The notes beneath the pieces were generated by a model that was not told where the DNA came from, searched no databases, and saw only the letters and a program-made list of their open reading frames with translations. The translations under genes and the position numbers were made by a program. Shown in pieces: positions 8,726-16,957 of a DNA stretch of 64,000 nucleotides (the stretch's first letter is position 1; every line of letters begins with the position of its first letter). The stretch is from a virus (lineage: Duplodnaviria; Caudoviricetes), in the IMG/VR virus record IMGVR_UViG_3300046786_000293, positions 274,511 to 338,510 of that record. One strand, 5' to 3'.

Positions 8726-9184
8726 TTACGACGGATTTCTGAGTAATTCCATGCTCACAATTTGGGCAATTGCCGCAGATGCATCTTCGGTGTCGGGAAT
8801 TACATAATTTTGGTATTGATTTCTGTCGTTGCGGTGATCGTAACTACGCATACTCAAGATGATTCCGCCTCGAGCACTAGTTACTTGGAATCGAATTGCG
8901 TGGTCATCTTGGTAACCGAGTTCATCTTCTCTAGTAGAGATAGATACTTTAGCTTCATTTTCCGGGAACATGAATGCGTGTAGTTTGCGACGTAGCCATT
9001 CTTTCATAGTTGATTTTTCTTTGAGTTTAGTTGCTTTAGTTACAGTGGAGTTTCTGTAATTTTTTGGATAGACTTTTCCTGCAGGGATTCCCTGGCTTCC
9101 AATTGCGTTACTTCGAATCCTCGGTACAGAGTATTGCGAGTTCGCGTAGTTTGAGTTCGGCATCTTTAAGACTTTCGATTGCAT
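8726..9184 (-). CDS. hypothetical protein
   Basis: 152 aa ORF; start codon uncertain. Confidence 0.6.
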   Translation of the reverse strand: MQSKVLKMPNSNYANSQYSVPRIRSNAIGSQGIPAGKVYPKNYRNSTVTKATKLKEKSTMKEWLRRKLHAFMFPENEAKVSISTREDELGYQDDHAIRFQVTSARGGIILSMRSYDHRNDRNQYQNYVIPDTEDASAAIAQIVSMELLRNPS

Positions 9185-9473
9185 CTGCCACAGCAGGATG
9201 TTTCTTTGCTAATTCTTGATATTCAAGTTGACGAGCACGTTCTTCTTTGGCCCAGTCTATTGCTTGTTGAGCATCCGGAGTCAGCTCTACAGTTGTATAG
9301 TTTGTGGGCATAGTAATCCACGAATTGCCATCGTAGACTTCTATGTTCTGTGTGCTTGGACTATATCGCATGTTGCCTATACCGGTGGCACCACTATAAG
9401 CATTTAAATACATTGAGCTAGAGCTACCGTTAATAACATTAACGTGCTTGCCGCCCATTATACCTTTAATCAT
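9108..9473 (-). CDS. hypothetical protein
   Basis: 121 aa ORF with a C-terminal helical region. Confidence 0.65.
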   Translation of the reverse strand: MIKGIMGGKHVNVINGSSSSMYLNAYSGATGIGNMRYSPSTQNIEVYDGNSWITMPTNYTTVELTPDAQQAIDWAKEERARQLEYQELAKKHPAVADAIESLKDAELKLRELAILCTEDSK

Positions 9474-9678
9474 CTAGTTCCATCTCGCTGGCTTCGCGAA
9501 CTAGAGCAACTAGCTCGTCTATCGAGCCGACCATAATTTTAGCAGTTTTGTAGTCGCCTTTTTTGTTCCGACCACCAACTTCAAACATAAATCCATTGTC
9601 GTAACGATTGATGGTGAAAGATTCGTTAACCTTGGTCAGTTTGTCGCTGACCTTGGTTACAGGTTTAGCAGTTGCCAT
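9466..9678 (-). CDS. hypothetical protein
   Basis: MATAKPV start after a GGAAA RBS-like sequence. Confidence 0.65.
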   Translation of the reverse strand: MATAKPVTKVSDKLTKVNESFTINRYDNGFMFEVGGRNKKGDYKTAKIMVGSIDELVALVREASEMELDD

Positions 9679-9712
9679 AATTGATTTTTCCAAGTTGGTT
9701 GATTGATTTAAT

Positions 9713-9994
9713 TTACTGTGGATCGCGATCTTTGTTAGCAGCTAATTTAGCATTCACTTCATCGTGAATCTCAGACATGCGAGGTGTACCCAAAGCGTTT
9801 TGCACCCACTGTATCATAGTATCATTAGTAAATGCACTAGCAGGTTGGCCTTGTGCTTCTGCTGGTAAATCAGTAAGTTCTCCTAGCACTTCTTGCATAT
9901 AAGCGCCGTCTCTAACAAAATAACCCCAACGAATGCGGTTTAAATTGCCTTGTTCGTTGTTGAATGTTTCCATAATGTGCCAATGGTAATCCAT
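9713..9994 (-). CDS. hypothetical protein, possibly late/virion-associated
   Basis: RBS AGGAG; preceded by a TAAATA box at 10014-10019. Confidence 0.65.
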   Translation of the reverse strand: MDYHWHIMETFNNEQGNLNRIRWGYFVRDGAYMQEVLGELTDLPAEAQGQPASAFTNDTMIQWVQNALGTPRMSEIHDEVNAKLAANKDRDPQ

Positions 9995-10013
9995 AGATAT
10001 CTCCTAATATTAG

Positions 10014-10019
10014 TATTTA
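10014..10019 (-). promoter_or_regulatory. late-promoter-like TAAATA box
   Basis: GATAAATA; its TAA is the folE stop codon. Confidence 0.45.
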
Positions 10020-10745
10020 TCGTGGTGCAAATTCTTGTTGGAGCTTGATATTGTCAAAGAATTCTTTCTTTGTGCCTGCATCATCTTTAAAAGCACCTCT
10101 TAGAACAGTGGTTTGCGTGAGACTAGAGTGCGCCATAATGCCGCGATTTTCACAGCACCCGTGCGTGGCTTGGATGTAGACCGCAACATCCTTGGAACCA
10201 GTAGCAAACTCAATCTCTCTTGCAATGTCCATGCACAACTCTTCTTGTAGTGTGCCTCGACGAGCGCACCATTGAGCGATGCGACTATACTTCGATAACC
10301 CAATAAGTTTAGGTCCAGCAATAATACCAATATACGCAACACCCGAAACAGGTTGGTGATGATGGCTACACATACTCTTGAGTTCGCTACGAACAACAAG
10401 CATTCCGTCATACTTACCTTCACTATCATTAGGGAACGCAGTAGCATTGGGACTTTGTTCATATCTACCTGCCATAATCTCATTGAAATACATTTTAGCA
10501 AGTCTACGTGCTGTACCTTGACTATTAGGATCAGTCTCTCGATCAATTAGTAGTCGATCAAGCACTAATTCAAATGCTTCTGTTGCTTCGTCGATAAGTT
10601 GGTCCATATGAAACTCATCAACATAATCACTGATGTTGTCTCCAGCCCAGAAACGTTTACCTTCTCGTTTCATTTTAAAACGAAGTACATCTGCCAGGTA
10701 CGCTTCTTCGTAACCACCTGTGTCTAATTCCTTACCGATATCCAT
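10017..10745 (-). CDS. folE: GTP cyclohydrolase I
   Basis: SMCSHH, GLSKYSRIAQW, RGTLQE, ATHGCCENRG, EFF. Confidence 0.95.
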   Translation of the reverse strand: MDIGKELDTGGYEEAYLADVLRFKMKREGKRFWAGDNISDYVDEFHMDQLIDEATEAFELVLDRLLIDRETDPNSQGTARRLAKMYFNEIMAGRYEQSPNATAFPNDSEGKYDGMLVVRSELKSMCSHHHQPVSGVAYIGIIAGPKLIGLSKYSRIAQWCARRGTLQEELCMDIAREIEFATGSKDVAVYIQATHGCCENRGIMAHSSLTQTTVLRGAFKDDAGTKKEFFDNIKLQQEFAPR

Positions 10746-10748
10746 TAA

Positions 10749-11375
10749 TTATTCCTCGATTGTAAATTGCCGCAAATCTGCGTATTCAACATATTTTGGT
10801 TTAGGCTTATTTTCTTTAACGCCCTTTAACAACGCTAACCCCCATTCTGCTTCTTCGGGTCGCGGTTTGTAGTGATAACCTATCTTAAATACTTTTTGAT
10901 CAGTCCACGGTTTAATATTTAGGTCGCGACCGTCATACCGCATACGAATTAATGCTTCATATGCTTGTGCATCGTCTAATAGTATAGCACCACCTCTGCC
11001 TATATGTAAAGGTTTATCGTGTCCAAAACTCAAACATTGAATCATTCCAGGGCGATACATATTTTGTTCTAGTCGACGAGCACTATCCCAAATGCGAGTA
11101 AGTTCGAACTTATACTCGCCAACCCAGTGTTGACGATGTGACACAGTGTCGGGGTAGTACTCGTACTTGATACCTAATTTATGCATGGTCATTGGAATGC
11201 TAATATAGGTATACGGCGTAAATGTACATTGTTTAATGTTGTCGTAGCGCATACACATTTCAATGGCATGGGTACAACAATCAGTCATAATGGCATAAGG
11301 TGCGCCAGTAAACTCTGCCAGTTCTCGTTCGAACTGAAAAATTTTATCAAAACCTGTTAACGAGCTCATTTGCAC
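10749..11375 (-). CDS. short DegT/DnrJ/EryC1/StrS-family PLP-dependent aminotransferase
   Basis: FERELAEFTGAPYAI..DCCTHAI, WDSA, SFGHDKPLHIGRGG (PLP lysine motif); only 208 aa. Confidence 0.75.
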   Translation of the reverse strand: MQMSSLTGFDKIFQFERELAEFTGAPYAIMTDCCTHAIEMCMRYDNIKQCTFTPYTYISIPMTMHKLGIKYEYYPDTVSHRQHWVGEYKFELTRIWDSARRLEQNMYRPGMIQCLSFGHDKPLHIGRGGAILLDDAQAYEALIRMRYDGRDLNIKPWTDQKVFKIGYHYKPRPEEAEWGLALLKGVKENKPKPKYVEYADLRQFTIEE

Positions 11376-12414
11376 TAAAAAACTTTTCCGTTAAATCCAA
11401 TGCCTGTTGTTTAATCAACGGCAAATAACTATCATATTCTTCGATATAGGATGTAATACGATTACAAATATCTGTTTTGTTGGCTACATAACTGTCCCAA
11501 GTAATAGTCCAGTTACTGGGATATTTAAACCGGTCGGTGTACATTTCTGAATAGGACAATCGATCAGGCACCATGGGAATAGCATCTACTAATGCACCTT
11601 CGTAACATCCGATACCCAATGTTTCTTGTAGACTAGCACTGAACACAATCTTTGCTTCGCCGAGAATATTATGATATTCATTCTTTGTTAGTGCTTGATC
11701 CTGACAAACAACAAATTCATACTGGGGCAGTTGTTCTTTAAGATCTCTAAATATTTCAACTTGCTTCTCAGGCGCAATACGATGCGGGAATACAACAAGG
11801 TTGCGCTTAGTCATACCTTTGTATGGAGCAAGAGTTTGGTCCATATACTCCATGGGCCAACCAGTGCGTACAATCTTATCGTTGTCGTGATTTTCTCGCA
11901 AACCAACAATACAACCTAGTAGTTCTTCACAAAACAATTCGATGTGAAAGTCTGTAGCAAAGTAGTTATAATCAATAGCGTGGAAGAAACTCTTCTCTGC
12001 ATGACGTACCCATGGGGTGTTACCAATTAACCGACCTAGAAAGTCGTGGGGATCATAACTACCAGCATGCCACAATGCGTGAATCTTAACTGGTGTGTTA
12101 AGAAGTTCACTCATATACTTTAAGTTTATGATGCCAGGATGCCAAGCATCAGTAAACAAAAAATGATCGCCAGGCTTAACTGCTCCGGAGCAGAATAAAC
12201 GGCCCATTCCTTCAACTTGAGCAGACTTATAGATATTAGTCCCACCAAAGTTAAGAAAAGCACCAGGAGTGGTTGCACTAGGGATATCCGTAGGACCAGC
12301 AAGAATTTGAACATTGTGTCCGGCCTTTCTCAGCAAGTTAGGTACGTGATCTTTCCACTGAGCCGTGTAGCGTGTTTCTACAGGCTCAAGATCTATCAAA
12401 AAGATATTAGCCAT
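11347..12414 (-). CDS. GT-B fold glycosyltransferase (GT4-like)
   Basis: FPHRIAPEKQ and QETLGIGCYEGALVDAIPMVP (EX7E-type C-terminal motif). Confidence 0.8.
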   Translation of the reverse strand: MANIFLIDLEPVETRYTAQWKDHVPNLLRKAGHNVQILAGPTDIPSATTPGAFLNFGGTNIYKSAQVEGMGRLFCSGAVKPGDHFLFTDAWHPGIINLKYMSELLNTPVKIHALWHAGSYDPHDFLGRLIGNTPWVRHAEKSFFHAIDYNYFATDFHIELFCEELLGCIVGLRENHDNDKIVRTGWPMEYMDQTLAPYKGMTKRNLVVFPHRIAPEKQVEIFRDLKEQLPQYEFVVCQDQALTKNEYHNILGEAKIVFSASLQETLGIGCYEGALVDAIPMVPDRLSYSEMYTDRFKYPSNWTITWDSYVANKTDICNRITSYIEEYDSYLPLIKQQALDLTEKFFSANELVNRF

Positions 12415-12610
12415 TTGCTCGTTCGGCTTGTCTCATTTGCCAGTTACGAGTCTTTTCAAATTTGCGATATTGCTCGCTTTTATAAAGATCGCGCTCGTCA
12501 AACTTTAACATATTAAAACGACAGTAATCTTTATACTGCTCAAGATCATCAAAGATCCTGTTGACTTCTGGTTTAATTTTGAGATATTTCTCTACCCATT
12601 TTTCAGCCAT
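12407..12610 (-). CDS. hypothetical protein
   Basis: 67 aa ORF after RBS AAGGA. Confidence 0.65.
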   Translation of the reverse strand: MAEKWVEKYLKIKPEVNRIFDDLEQYKDYCRFNMLKFDERDLYKSEQYRKFEKTRNWQMRQAERANG

Positions 12611-12621
12611 TTTATTTTCCT

Positions 12622-13071
12622 TTAGATTTTAACACTAAGATTAGGTCGGTGAGTTTCATATTTAATAAGTGCGCCGTTTTCACCATCTTCAGCCACTTCA
12701 ATCCAAACTGCCCGATTGGGATACCGTTCAGCAATTTGTAGATATAAGTCATCTGCAATCATTTCGCAGGATTTGTAGTCGAGTTTGAGGATTCCGCCTG
12801 CGTAGAGATTTTCGAGCCAGCGTTTGAATTGGATGAACTCGATGTCTCTGTCATTGTGTACAACATCAATCCACACCCGGAAATGGAAGATATGGCGGTG
12901 AGGACTGCCAAGGAAACTAACGTCATACTCATCGCCCGTCGCAAGTTCGGGTGCTGTTGCGGCTGCTGGATAGCAGTGTATTCCTTCTTTGCGGAAGGTA
13001 ATCCAGATTTTTCGTTCTGCATGTTGCTTGATTCTTTCAACAGTTTCTCGGTCAGTTGCGTTCATTTTCAT
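12622..13071 (-). CDS. dpdL: QueD-paralogue T-fold protein, DpdL-like (putative CDG decarboxylase)
   Basis: EGIH...LGSPHRHIF matches LxxxHRHxF in place of the QueD CxxxHGH motif; DIEFI. Confidence 0.6.
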   Translation of the reverse strand: MKMNATDRETVERIKQHAERKIWITFRKEGIHCYPAAATAPELATGDEYDVSFLGSPHRHIFHFRVWIDVVHNDRDIEFIQFKRWLENLYAGGILKLDYKSCEMIADDLYLQIAERYPNRAVWIEVAEDGENGALIKYETHRPNLSVKI

Positions 13072-13597
13072 CTTCCTCTTCTACTGGAAATACAGTTGTA
13101 TCTCCTACATAATCTTTCCAATCGGTATATACACTACGAGACATTAGTTTATTAAGAGGATGACACCATACGCCAGTATTTGTATCGCCCCAAGTATTAT
13201 CATCAATCTTAACAGTGGCATGGTAGTTATATAGTCTAATATAAGGAATCTTAACACTGATCATGGGAATAAATGTTTTATATTCGCACCATGATTGCTC
13301 ATGTAGATCTCTACAATATTGTACATCAAAGTCTAGTGTAACATAATAGTCTTTAACTAGCAAGGGTTTGATCATGTCATCCCATTGTGCCCAATCGTAA
13401 GGACTGAAGGGATGAAAACTTTGGCTAGTACCAAAGTAGATATGCCGAATCTTATGTTTTTCTGCTAGTTTAACGATTTCGTCTACAGGTTTAATACCTA
13501 CAACGAATAAGGTCGACTCCCCCTTCATGATAGTGTTTTCAACTTCTGTGCCAACGAAGTAATCTACTTGTTGGCGCCCACTTGTATCAATAGCCAT
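13052..13597 (-). CDS. hypothetical protein in the deazaguanine cluster
   Basis: Start moved to MAIDTSG (13597); FVGTEVENT...HIYFGTSQSF. Confidence 0.7.
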   Translation of the reverse strand: MAIDTSGRQQVDYFVGTEVENTIMKGESTLFVVGIKPVDEIVKLAEKHKIRHIYFGTSQSFHPFSPYDWAQWDDMIKPLLVKDYYVTLDFDVQYCRDLHEQSWCEYKTFIPMISVKIPYIRLYNYHATVKIDDNTWGDTNTGVWCHPLNKLMSRSVYTDWKDYVGDTTVFPVEEEDENERN

Positions 13598-14516
13598 TAT
13601 TTTCCCAATAAATGTAGCCCCTGCTATATCCAGCGGGCCTGTTGTTACCGTCTCCGAATGCTTGTTGCCATTCGGTGTTTCTATTATAACCTTTTGTCCA
13701 GAACCTGTCAACTACTAGGTCACCATTTGTAATCCAATATTCGGCATCTTTCATACATTGATAAAATTTATCTGTTCTTGGACTTGGAAATATCATAGTA
13801 CAGGCTTTCCAAAGTAAGTTGCCCCAAGAACCTTCGATTTCTTTTTCGACACCCATAACAATCAATGATTCATTTTTGACAATGTCAAAGTCAAACACTA
13901 TGTTGGTGGGACTAAGATCAATTACAACATCAAATTGACCTGTGTATGTGGGACTCAATTTGTCGCCCCAAAGTTCTTTGTTGCTGTGTCCAAATACAGT
14001 AATTTCGAAATCTAAATGATTAAGCAGGATAGTGTTATAAGCAATCCAAGCAAGAAAGCCACTACCCAGTATTAAGAGTCTGCGGCCTGATCCGCTTCGT
14101 TCGGCAATTTCACGTAAGGGTTGGTGAACAACGTTAATGCCGCAAGCCACTGGTTCCAATATATATCTTGGATGAGCCTCGGGAACAACAACATACTCTC
14201 GATTTCTAACATTGTAAATATCGGCGTAGGCCGGTTCACCTCTTGTTGCAACATAGTCTCCGAATTTGACATCATTTATTTCTGCTCCTATACCAATTAC
14301 TCGGCCTAGTCCTTCATGTCCTTGCATATGCAAAGGTAAAGGACCAAAGTTTCCTAACATCATATCTACATCACTGCGACACACACCAGTCATTACAGCA
14401 CGTACACATATTTCGTCTGGAGCCAATGGCGGAATGTTGTATTCTGTTTCTATAAACTCGCCTTGGCCTGAGGTTGCTAGTACTCTGTTTACAGATTTAT
14501 TCTTTTGTGAATCCAT
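13587..14516 (-). CDS. Zn-dependent alcohol/sugar dehydrogenase (MDR family)
   Basis: GVCRSD, GHEGLG, LEPVAC, ILGSGFLA. Confidence 0.88.
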   Translation of the reverse strand: MDSQKNKSVNRVLATSGQGEFIETEYNIPPLAPDEICVRAVMTGVCRSDVDMMLGNFGPLPLHMQGHEGLGRVIGIGAEINDVKFGDYVATRGEPAYADIYNVRNREYVVVPEAHPRYILEPVACGINVVHQPLREIAERSGSGRRLLILGSGFLAWIAYNTILLNHLDFEITVFGHSNKELWGDKLSPTYTGQFDVVIDLSPTNIVFDFDIVKNESLIVMGVEKEIEGSWGNLLWKACTMIFPSPRTDKFYQCMKDAEYWITNGDLVVDRFWTKGYNRNTEWQQAFGDGNNRPAGYSRGYIYWENNGY

Positions 14517-15364
14517 AGATCCTGCTCAAATTGATTAAGCCAATAGTCGTTATTGGTTCGATTTTCGATGGCTTCTTGAATCATTGCTCGATAAGCATAT
14601 TCAGGACACAAGCCCAGCGGAATCTTGTAATCGTCAAAATAGATAGCAACATCGTCGTGAGTATTACTACGCCAATTTGCTTTAATTGTCCATTTCTTTC
14701 CGTTAACTATACCCTCTAATTCGACACTATCGTCAACATTATAAACACCACTGGGATCAACAGCGCCGTAGTCACTGTCTTTAAGATCATCTAAGTTCCA
14801 GCGTTGCCATACTTGTTTGAATGTCCAGTTGGTATTGTAGTACTGGGGTTCTATAGCAATCATAAGACTTAGTAAATGAGGAAGCAAATCTCTACTTACT
14901 CCGCCGAACGCCATGTCTTTATTAGTAAACCAACTTCCAGGCTTGGGCACACGGTTTTGATTAATCCAATTTAGTTTAATATTATTAGAAGTCTGGTAAT
15001 GCTCGCGCATTTCTTTAAGATTGTCACGCCATTGGTTATTTTTAACCATCATAAAGCGTGTAGTAGTCATATAATCTGTGACCATAGAGCGCCACAGTTC
15101 TGCATCTGGTACACCAGGTTTCTCTACAAATACAATACCTGCTTCGTGAATAGCCGCATGGCGTGCAATGTTTAGATGTGTATAGTTGGGCGTACAGATA
15201 TGTACAGTATCAAATCGACCATGCGCCGAAAAGGCGAACCCATAGTCATAAAAATCTGCGCCCATAGCAGGATTTTGATCCACTGTTATAACTTCGTGGC
15301 CAAGCTCAGTAAGCACGGACTTATAAAGTTGTCCAATGCCCATACCAATAATTAAACTCTTCAT
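14489..15364 (-). CDS. Gfo/Idh/MocA-family NAD-dependent oxidoreductase
   Basis: IIGMGIG, ICTPNYTH, VFVEKP, GGVSRDLLPH. Confidence 0.88.
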   Translation of the reverse strand: MKSLIIGMGIGQLYKSVLTELGHEVITVDQNPAMGADFYDYGFAFSAHGRFDTVHICTPNYTHLNIARHAAIHEAGIVFVEKPGVPDAELWRSMVTDYMTTTRFMMVKNNQWRDNLKEMREHYQTSNNIKLNWINQNRVPKPGSWFTNKDMAFGGVSRDLLPHLLSLMIAIEPQYYNTNWTFKQVWQRWNLDDLKDSDYGAVDPSGVYNVDDSVELEGIVNGKKWTIKANWRSNTHDDVAIYFDDYKIPLGLCPEYAYRAMIQEAIENRTNNDYWLNQFEQDLWIHKRINL

Positions 15365-15582
15365 TTAACTCGTTTTAGTCTAGTAGTTACTTTAGCCCGG
15401 ACTGCCGGTTTCTTTTGACTTAGTTCGTATTGCATTGTAGCATCACGCACCTCTCTTGCCAAGGCTTCATCGTCCCAAACTAATTCAGTTCGCCCATCTT
15501 CGTATGTAGTTACAGTTAAATGTGTGCCTTGTACAATTTTAGGCCAAACTGTATCGTTGCTTTTATTTTTACGTGTTGCCAT
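15361..15582 (-). CDS. hypothetical protein
   Basis: 73 aa basic protein with an RBS. Confidence 0.6.
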   Translation of the reverse strand: MATRKNKSNDTVWPKIVQGTHLTVTTYEDGRTELVWDDEALAREVRDATMQYELSQKKPAVRAKVTTRLKRVK

Positions 15583-15609
15583 TTTCTTTTCCTGAGAAAT
15601 TTTATTAAT

Positions 15610-15822
15610 TTATCGATCATCGCCATAGTCGATTGTTTCGTGATCGTGTTCCCATTGCAGTCGTTCGAGTCTACGGATCTCGTCTTTAAGTGCAAGTTTT
15701 TGTTTTTTCCATTCTTGCATCAATTGACTTTCTGTACCTGGATGTTCGCGTTCGTGTTTAATAATACGTTCATCTAAAACTCTGTGGGATTCTTTTAAAT
15801 GTTTAATTCGGCCTTCATACAT
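15610..15822 (-). CDS. DUF465/YdcH-like coiled-coil protein
   Basis: LKESHRVLDERI...WKKQKLALKDEIRRLE pattern. Confidence 0.6.
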   Translation of the reverse strand: MYEGRIKHLKESHRVLDERIIKHEREHPGTESQLMQEWKKQKLALKDEIRRLERLQWEHDHETIDYGDDR

Positions 15823-16957
15823 AAGGATTCTCCAGATTAAATGTTTGACTAAAACTTTGATTTCGAGATAGATCTAGATCTTTTGTAAATTCTGCAAATT
15901 TTTCGACAATCTTTGGTTCGTCACAGGTATTTAATACATTTAATATATTTCTTAAATCATTAATACTGTGTTCTGGGTTGTTTGTTACAGCAGCTAATAA
16001 TTGTATAGATTTTTCTAATTCTTGTCTAGCCCGATTGGATAACTCGCCAGTTAATACATACGGGTTCAAACGTTTAGGCCATTGGCATGTACCAAACCAA
16101 AGTTCTAATGGTCCTTTAGCAAGTTTTTTGGTTTCTATAAAGAACTCTACTACACGACTAATATCTAATACACTATACGCACTGAGGGTTGCATTCATTG
16201 CGACGCTATGCCCTAATTCTAAAATACTTTTTATATTTTTAATAATCACTGGCCAATTGGAGCCGTATCTGATATATTCAGCTGATTTTTCAACGCCATC
16301 TATACTTAATGTCCAATGTACTCTTTTAAAGTGTTTAATTACTTCTAGCCAATCTTGATTCATAACACTACAATTAGTTGTTATTAAAATTTCACAATTA
16401 GTGTTTCCGATCGCAATTAATTCTTCTAATATTTTTAAATTGTCTTTAATTAGTAAAGGTTCGCCGCCCGTAAACAATATTCTATTAACATTACTTAGAT
16501 TATTTTTAATATCTTCTGCAATGTTTTCATATAAGTTTTTTCTAGGTAGTATATTATTATAATATTTCTGAAGAGAAACATTCTCAGTTACTTCTCGTCC
16601 AATACTAGAACTGAAATCAGGACTACACATCCTACAACTAAAATTACATAGATTATTATATCTTAAATCGTAGTACTGTATTTTATGTTCTATATTATCT
16701 TTGTTAAGTAAAGGATAATCTCTTATAGCACTTTGCCTTACGCTGTTCAACCCTTTACTTTCCAACTCGTAGCAACCGTTACAGTGACTGTGCGGTGTGT
16801 CATTTAAAATATTATTTTTAACTTCTTGTAGTTCGGTACTATGTTCAAATTCTGAGGGACTACAAGATTCTTGATAGCCACTGTTACAACACATTTTAAC
16901 ACCAGTTGTTGTTACAAACTGGTGAATCCAAGGTAAAGGGCACCAAACTTTAGACAT
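15815..16957 (-). CDS. radical SAM protein with an N-terminal SPASM/twitch-like Cys cluster
   Basis: CNFSCRMC, FTGGEPLL, LSIDG; N-terminal CPLPW..CC..CNGC. Confidence 0.85.
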   Translation of the reverse strand: MSKVWCPLPWIHQFVTTTGVKMCCNSGYQESCSPSEFEHSTELQEVKNNILNDTPHSHCNGCYELESKGLNSVRQSAIRDYPLLNKDNIEHKIQYYDLRYNNLCNFSCRMCSPDFSSSIGREVTENVSLQKYYNNILPRKNLYENIAEDIKNNLSNVNRILFTGGEPLLIKDNLKILEELIAIGNTNCEILITTNCSVMNQDWLEVIKHFKRVHWTLSIDGVEKSAEYIRYGSNWPVIIKNIKSILELGHSVAMNATLSAYSVLDISRVVEFFIETKKLAKGPLELWFGTCQWPKRLNPYVLTGELSNRARQELEKSIQLLAAVTNNPEHSINDLRNILNVLNTCDEPKIVEKFAEFTKDLDLSRNQSFSQTFNLENPYV

